Below are positions 35,475 through 40,043 of a stretch of 40,043 bases of DNA, one piece after another. Source of the stretch: a virus (Duplodnaviria > Caudoviricetes); the IMG/VR virus record IMGVR_UViG_3300032233_002173, positions 1 through 40,043 of that record. One strand, written 5' to 3'. Each line of letters begins with the position of its first letter. Within the stretch, counting starts at the first letter, position 1. The position numbers and the translations under genes were made by a program. The notes under the pieces are model-generated. The model ran no database searches. It worked only from the letters and a program-made list of their open reading frames with translations, and was not told the origin of the DNA.

Positions 35475-36222
35475 TCTCTAATTTGCCTAAAGATACGACT
35501 CCATCTATGACAATCAAATATTCTCTTGGCATTGTGTCAATGAAATAGTAACGACCACCTGTAGCTTTACCTTCAATATCGATTTGGTTTCTAGTTGTAT
35601 GACCTACTACTTGTCTAATTTGGGTACGTAGTGTATCGCGATTAGCTTCCATTAATGCTTTAGGACGAATCCAGATTGGACCTTGAAACGTTTCAGCTCC
35701 AAATCCACCTGCTAATTGTGCTTGATTATTTTCATAATCATAATACTTAAATGAGCGATAAGCAACTTTAGTGGGTTGATAAGTGAATAAATCATTTAAA
35801 TACATAGCTAAATTAGGTACATCCCACATTGCAATGGTATCATCTAACCATTCACTACTTACACCTGCGTGTGTAATTAATATATCATCAAATTGATAAG
35901 CTAATTGTAAATGTTGTTTATTCTCCCCTACAACTTGCTTAATGCTAGGTGCTAATGTTGATTGATATCCTGAGGTGTTTGAGTCTCCAATTTCGGGGAA
36001 GTAATGATAATCGTGGTTACCGATAAGCATTATTACTTCTTTATCTGTAGTGGTTTTAAATTCAACTATTTCCTTGAAGTTATGAATTTGAACAACGCCT
36101 GACACTGTAAATGAATCAAAGTAATCACCTACAAATACAAATCTGTCTGCGTCGTGTTCTTGTGCTACGACTTGTTTCCATGAATCATGGCCATGGATAT
36201 CCCCAATAATAACGGTTTTCAT
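35452..36222 (-). CDS. Calcineurin-like metallophosphoesterase
   Basis: GDIHG, GDYFD, GNHD, THAG and VGHT motifs. Confidence 0.92.
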   Translation of the reverse strand: MKTVIIGDIHGHDSWKQVVAQEHDADRFVFVGDYFDSFTVSGVVQIHNFKEIVEFKTTTDKEVIMLIGNHDYHYFPEIGDSNTSGYQSTLAPSIKQVVGENKQHLQLAYQFDDILITHAGVSSEWLDDTIAMWDVPNLAMYLNDLFTYQPTKVAYRSFKYYDYENNQAQLAGGFGAETFQGPIWIRPKALMEANRDTLRTQIRQVVGHTTRNQIDIEGKATGGRYYFIDTMPREYLIVIDGVVSLGKLENEKTQTK

Positions 36223-36236
36223 AACTGTAAATTTAA

Positions 36237-36980
36237 TTACATCTTAAATATAGTAAAATTATTCTGATAATCCAACAAGATTGCAGTACGATTTTCAACC
36301 CAATCTCCTGAATTTAGATAATGAGCTCCATTAATGTGTAGATCGGCAGGTTGATGTATATGTCCACAAATAACACCGTGGCATCCATTTTGAGTAGCCA
36401 TTTTAATAGCTGTGGTTTCGAAGTCATTAACGTAATTAGTTGCCGCTTTAACTCCTGCTTTAATGTCTTGAGATATAGATTGGTAAGGTAATTTACGCCA
36501 TGCTCTATATCTGTTATACCATCTATTAAGCCATAAAGCGAAATCATAACCTATAGAGCCTATTTTAGCTAACCATTTGTATTTAGTAATGAATACATCT
36601 ATTACATCACCGTGAAATACAAAGTAACGTTGTTGTTCATGTAAGTCACCTAACACCCTTTTATTAGTACTAATAATATAATTTTCTCTAATTTCAATAT
36701 TACCGAAGTGGCTACCTATAAATTCGGTTAAGAATTCATCATGATTACCTCTAATCCAAATGATTTTAGTGTTATTAGATAGTTTAAGCAGAGCAGCTAC
36801 TGCTTTAGTATGTCCTTTCTTCCACTTAGCACCTCTGTTAAGTGCCCATCCATCAATTATATCTCCATTCAATATAAGGAGGTCAGTTGGGTGTTGTTCT
36901 AGAAACTCAATAAATTCTTTTGCTTGGGAATCTTTAGTACCTAAATGTAGATCTGAAGCGATAATTGCTTTGTAATTCAT
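36237..36980 (-). CDS. PlcP-like / LpxH-family metallophosphoesterase (putative phospholipase C)
   Basis: SDLHLGT, NGDIIDGW, GNHDE, HGD, amphipathic insert WLAKIGSIGYD..WLNRWYN..RKLPYQSIS..IKAGVKAATNY, ICGHIH, YLNSGDWVEN. Confidence 0.85.
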   Translation of the reverse strand: MNYKAIIASDLHLGTKDSQAKEFIEFLEQHPTDLLILNGDIIDGWALNRGAKWKKGHTKAVAALLKLSNNTKIIWIRGNHDEFLTEFIGSHFGNIEIRENYIISTNKRVLGDLHEQQRYFVFHGDVIDVFITKYKWLAKIGSIGYDFALWLNRWYNRYRAWRKLPYQSISQDIKAGVKAATNYVNDFETTAIKMATQNGCHGVICGHIHQPADLHINGAHYLNSGDWVENRTAILLDYQNNFTIFKM

Positions 36981-37681
36981 TTCCAGTAATTGTGGTCTTG
37001 TTTAAACCATTCTGGGTTGTTTCTGTTCCACCAACTACTAATCATTAATTTAACCATATACATTACACCCTTATTTTTAAATCGTCTAGGGGTAGTATAA
37101 ACTGGTTCATTAATAATTGTAAAGCGACTAGGTTTAACTTTAGAGCTTAATAGGTAATCTTCACCTACCTTAGCTTGCTCATCAAACCCACCTAATGCTC
37201 TAAACGTTTCGGTTTTAAAGAACATAAACCCACCTACAGCGAATGGTGTTTTAATTGATATTATACGTTGTACAACGTTAAATATTTTAAACACCCAGTT
37301 ATATTCGCCTGTTGTTGTTTTAAATTGAGACGTCACCAAATCGTAATTCCCCCCAATCGCTACACGGAGACAACGACTAATAAACTCAGGGTCTTTAACA
37401 AATACATCAGCATCTAAGAATAATACATACGGTGTTCTAACACGTCTAGCTCCATTATTGCGAGCAACTGATGGTAACCCACCCTCAACTATTCGAATAG
37501 GCATTGGTGATGCTATCTGAAATCGTTTAAGTTGCATTATTGAACGTTCATTGTTAGATGAATCTGCAATTATAATTGGGCAATCAAGATGAGAGGCATA
37601 AAGATGTCTTAACGTAGTAATTATATTTTGTCCTTCATTTTTACAAGGAATTACTATGGTAAGTTGGGTATTCACTTGCAT
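36977..37681 (-). CDS. Glycosyltransferase family 2
   Basis: IVIPCKNE, IIIADS, ARNNGA, LFLDAD, GGFDE and GED motifs; ATGA overlap with the downstream gene. Confidence 0.92.
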   Translation of the reverse strand: MQVNTQLTIVIPCKNEGQNIITTLRHLYASHLDCPIIIADSSNNERSIMQLKRFQIASPMPIRIVEGGLPSVARNNGARRVRTPYVLFLDADVFVKDPEFISRCLRVAIGGNYDLVTSQFKTTTGEYNWVFKIFNVVQRIISIKTPFAVGGFMFFKTETFRALGGFDEQAKVGEDYLLSSKVKPSRFTIINEPVYTTPRRFKNKGVMYMVKLMISSWWNRNNPEWFKQDHNYWK

Positions 37682-37691
37682 AAATATAATA

Positions 37692-37940
37692 CTATTCTGT
37701 TTGTGTTGATAATATTAATTCGAATTCGTCTGCTGCTTTTTTATTTTTTTCTTTAAATAACTCTAAAGCTACTTCATATCTACCTGCTTGAGACTGAGTC
37801 TGAAATAATTCAGATTGTAAGCTATCGATAGTATTAGTTTTAGCTTTATACTCGTTTATAGCGTTGTTTTGTTCATAGATGGTAGTTAATAATAATATTA
37901 ACGCTCCAAATCGTAATAAGGGTGCTACGTATTCTTTCAT
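37692..37940 (-). CDS. Small membrane-anchored coiled-coil protein
   Basis: 82 aa; N-terminal TM, then IDSLQSELF. Confidence 0.7.
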   Translation of the reverse strand: MKEYVAPLLRFGALILLLTTIYEQNNAINEYKAKTNTIDSLQSELFQTQSQAGRYEVALELFKEKNKKAADEFELILSTQTE

Positions 37941-38092
37941 GTTATATGGTTTTTATCTTCTTCATCAAATAAGTCTTCACCTTTATAATCAGGATGGTTT
38001 TCCTTCATATAATCTATTCCACGTACCCAAAATGTGGCTACGATTGCTGCTAATACAGCACTACATCCAATTCCAATTGCTAATCCCACCAT
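37937..38092 (-). CDS. Small membrane protein (51 aa, not in ORF track)
   Basis: MVGLAIGIGCSAVLAAIVATFWVRGIDYMKENHPDYKGEDLFDEE... Confidence 0.7.
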   Translation of the reverse strand: MVGLAIGIGCSAVLAAIVATFWVRGIDYMKENHPDYKGEDLFDEEDKNHIT

Positions 38093-38445
38093 TTTTCTAT
38101 GTTGTCGTTTAAGTGTTGAAATAATTCCTGTTTTACTTTATCGTGATCTTCTACTGCTTTATCTATTCCTTCAGTAGTCCACTCAGTTGCTTCTGATAGG
38201 TACTTATCTAAATGGTATTCGGTTTGTGCTTTATTTATTAAATCAATTGCCTTTAAAATACTATCAGCATCTTCAGTATTGAACATATGGACACCTTTCT
38301 CACGAATAAATTCCTCAGTAAATATAAGTTTATGTTTTAATATTTCGTAAATGAAATAATAATCCCAATCACGATCTTTCCATATGATTGGAGCCCAACG
38401 TATTAAATTACGAATACGTCCTAATAATTGTTTTACCTTATACAT
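38080..38445 (-). CDS. Conserved phage hypothetical protein
   Basis: 121 aa; IRWAPIIWKDRDWDY...IEKWWD. Confidence 0.75.
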   Translation of the reverse strand: MYKVKQLLGRIRNLIRWAPIIWKDRDWDYYFIYEILKHKLIFTEEFIREKGVHMFNTEDADSILKAIDLINKAQTEYHLDKYLSEATEWTTEGIDKAVEDHDKVKQELFQHLNDNIEKWWD

Positions 38446-38449
38446 AACG

Positions 38450-38492
38450 TGAATTTAAAGCAGAAATTTGGCCCTACCAAACTGGTAGAGCC
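38450..38492 (-). promoter_or_regulatory. Early promoter GGC-N13-TAAATTCA overlapping a hairpin
   Basis: Motif at 38450-38473; ggccctacca-aac-tggtagagcc stem at 38470-38492. Confidence 0.65.
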
Positions 38493-38500
38493 ATAATAAC

Positions 38501-38659
38501 TTACTTAGTTACAACTGTGTCAACTACTGGAGCTGCTACTGTGTCTACTAATGTTGAATCTACTACGGCTGTAGTTGAATCTGTTGTTGCTGGGGCTGTT
38601 GAAGCACCACCACATGCTACCAATGTAGCGATTGCGAAAATTGCAATTACTTTTCTCAT
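38501..38659 (-). CDS. 52-aa lipoprotein (not in ORF track)
   Basis: MRKVIAIFAIATLVAC lipobox; mature part CGGASTAPATTDSTTAVVDSTLVDTVAAPVVDTVVTK. Confidence 0.85.
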   Translation of the reverse strand: MRKVIAIFAIATLVACGGASTAPATTDSTTAVVDSTLVDTVAAPVVDTVVTK

Positions 38660-38684
38660 AATGTAATTTTTGTTTTATTATACT

Positions 38685-38708
38685 CAAATATACAACCTTA
38701 TTTTGACC
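38685..38708 (-). promoter_or_regulatory. Promoter variant GGT-N13-TATATTTG
   Basis: Exact Bacteroidota -7 element TAnnTTTG upstream of the lipoprotein gene. Confidence 0.6.
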
Positions 38709-38717
38709 GAACCAAGT

Positions 38718-40043
38718 TTAAAACATTGCTCTTGTTCCAATCATGAAGAAATTTAATATAGGTGAACCGGGTGTTGTAGATGCATTTATTTTCCAATCAG
38801 CCGAAAACACAAATCGTTTCGATATCTGATAGGTAAATCCAGTACCTACTAGCCCTGCTATGTTATAGTTCCAGGAGCCTCCGGTTGCCGTATTGTATGA
38901 ATATGGCGAACCCATAATGAAGACCCCTGGGGATACAGTTGATTTTTTATTCAACTGATAAGGTTTGGTCCAGAATGCTGTTGTTGATGATGCAAATTGA
39001 TATGAATAGCTATCTGTACCTTTAAGTTTAATATTAATTAGTGATAAATTATATCCCATTACTCCATATTTAGGATGTGGTCTAATATAAGTGTATCCAC
39101 CGAATGTCATTGGAATACCATTCATCCAAGCGTATGTGTATGAATATGCTTTAATTGCTTTTAAAGCGCCTTTCTCAAATATCATTTCACTACTATTGCC
39201 TGATAAGGCAAATGACTTTAAATCAGCATATATCATACTTGATAGACCCCAGCTTGATTCGCCTGTAGCTGAAGCTTGAGATGTACCTAATGATATTATA
39301 GGTGTAAATCCACCTGTTGGGTTTTGAGCTGTAGTTAAGTCTGAGTTGACTAGGATTGGGTTTAGTCTTAGCTGTTTTTCTTCTTTCTTTTTATCTTCCT
39401 TTTTCTTTTCTTCTTTTTTTTCTTCCTTCTTTTCTTCTTTAGATTCAGATTTTGATTCTTCCTTTTTTTCTTCTGATTTAGATTCAGATTTACTTTCGCT
39501 TTTACTCTCCGATTTTGATTCGCTGCTTGAGCTTGAACTGCTGCTTTCGGTTTTGCTCTCCGAGCTTGAGCTTGATGATGAGGAAGAACCAGAAGACGAT
39601 GACGATTGGGATGATGAAGATGAAGGTTGGGAGGAGGATGACGCTCCAGATGTTGATGCACTCGAAGCAGAAGTTGAAGCGGCGCCTGATGCTGCTCCTG
39701 ACGCTGCTCCTGATGCGCTTGATGCTGCGGATGAAGCGGCAGATGAAGCTGCACTCGCTGCTGTTGAAGCTGCTGCTGTTGCTGCTGATGATGCTGCTTG
39801 TGATACTGTAGTCGTTATTGTTTGTTGTACCGCTGTATTTGTTGCTGGACATGGCGTTGCGAATATGTCATTGATCCATTTAGTTGCTGTGCCTGAGGCG
39901 AAGTCGGCGTATGTAAATGTTCTAGATTTATTTCTAATAATTACTACAACACCAGGTTGATTTGATGCTATTGGAAATAATACTGTGTAAACTTTGTTAT
40001 CACAGGGATCAATGTACGTTTGAGTAATAAATTGGCCATTCGC
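38718..40043 (-). CDS. Probable outer-membrane beta-barrel protein with S/A-rich and K/E-rich linker (5' end outside window)
   Basis: Frame is open from the window end (ANGQFITQTYIDPCDNK...) through the 172-aa ORF; alternating beta pattern; ends FFMIGTRAMF. Confidence 0.72.
   Translation of the reverse strand, partial: ANGQFITQTYIDPCDNKVYTVLFPIASNQPGVVVIIRNKSRTFTYADFASGTATKWINDIFATPCPATNTAVQQTITTTVSQAASSAATAAASTAASAASSAASSAASSASGAASGAASGAASTSASSASTSGASSSSQPSSSSSQSSSSSGSSSSSSSSSESKTESSSSSSSSESKSESKSESKSESKSEEKKEESKSESKEEKKEEKKEEKKKEDKKKEEKQLRLNPILVNSDLTTAQNPTGGFTPIISLGTSQASATGESSWGLSSMIYADLKSFALSGNSSEMIFEKGALKAIKAYSYTYAWMNGIPMTFGGYTYIRPHPKYGVMGYNLSLINIKLKGTDSYSYQFASSTTAFWTKPYQLNKKSTVSPGVFIMGSPYSYNTATGGSWNYNIAGLVGTGFTYQISKRFVFSADWKINASTTPGSPILNFFMIGTRAMF
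39370..39800 (-). repeat. Low-complexity coding repeats (ASSA/ASGA, poly-S, ESKS, KKEE)
   Basis: Imperfect 12-bp units within the last CDS. Confidence 0.8.

Noticed and set aside
36237-36980. Calling this gene lpxH
   Set aside because: GNHD rather than GNRD and overall PlcP-like motifs; substrate is unresolved, so no symbol was given
37680-37687. ATATTTAT at the GT2 start as a late promoter
   Set aside because: It overlaps the ATG itself, so it cannot initiate upstream of this start; may be chance
7532-37880. Short plus-strand ORFs in the track (e.g. 7532, 9890, 13292, 18432, 19152, 22518, 24069, 36760)
   Set aside because: Antisense to well-supported genes or lying in structured non-coding DNA; no leaders, promoters or motifs
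39346-39960. ORFs 39346..39960 (+), 39368..39754 (-), 39502..39852 (-) and 39515..39811 (+)
   Set aside because: Shadows of the low-complexity linker in the single long minus-strand CDS
1-40043. Stop-codon reassignment, seen in some large Bacteroidota phages
   Set aside because: Long genes are intact under the standard code, and TAG and TGA act as stops at sensible gene ends

Overview
This window is 40 kb of a large AT-rich tailed dsDNA phage with a myovirus-type contractile-tail baseplate. It uses the standard genetic code, and essentially every real gene is on the minus strand. The host is probably Bacteroidota (inference): there are no Shine-Dalgarno motifs, leaders are A-rich, promoter elements resemble TAnnTTTG, and a lipoprotein carries D-S/T-x sequons. 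Bases 1-18.2 kb are a late/structural module: two proteins with mucin-like PTTAA repeats, tail-collar-like and baseplate wedge/hub proteins (gp6-, gp25-, gp5-like), a GH19 lysozyme and a T4 gp55-like sigma factor, with a recurrent ATATTTAT motif just upstream of start codons. Bases 19.1-32.3 kb are an early accessory region of small genes. Many are individually preceded by a fixed-spacing promoter-like motif, GGC-N13-TAnnTT(T/C/G)A (about 20 copies), often fused to a hairpin. This region includes two multi-AT-hook (RGRP) proteins, a clan-CD-like His/Cys protease and DUF932, and its densest block is bracketed by two structured non-coding segments. Bases 32.2-40 kb carry host-metabolism and envelope genes: a variant AdoMet decarboxylase, a secreted DRGH nuclease, a metallophosphoesterase, a PlcP-like phosphoesterase coupled to a GT2 glycosyltransferase, a tiny lipoprotein and a probable outer-membrane beta-barrel. 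The PlcP/GT2 pair is a candidate phage-encoded phospholipid-to-glycolipid remodelling system. All family calls are from motif recognition by eye; no searches were run.
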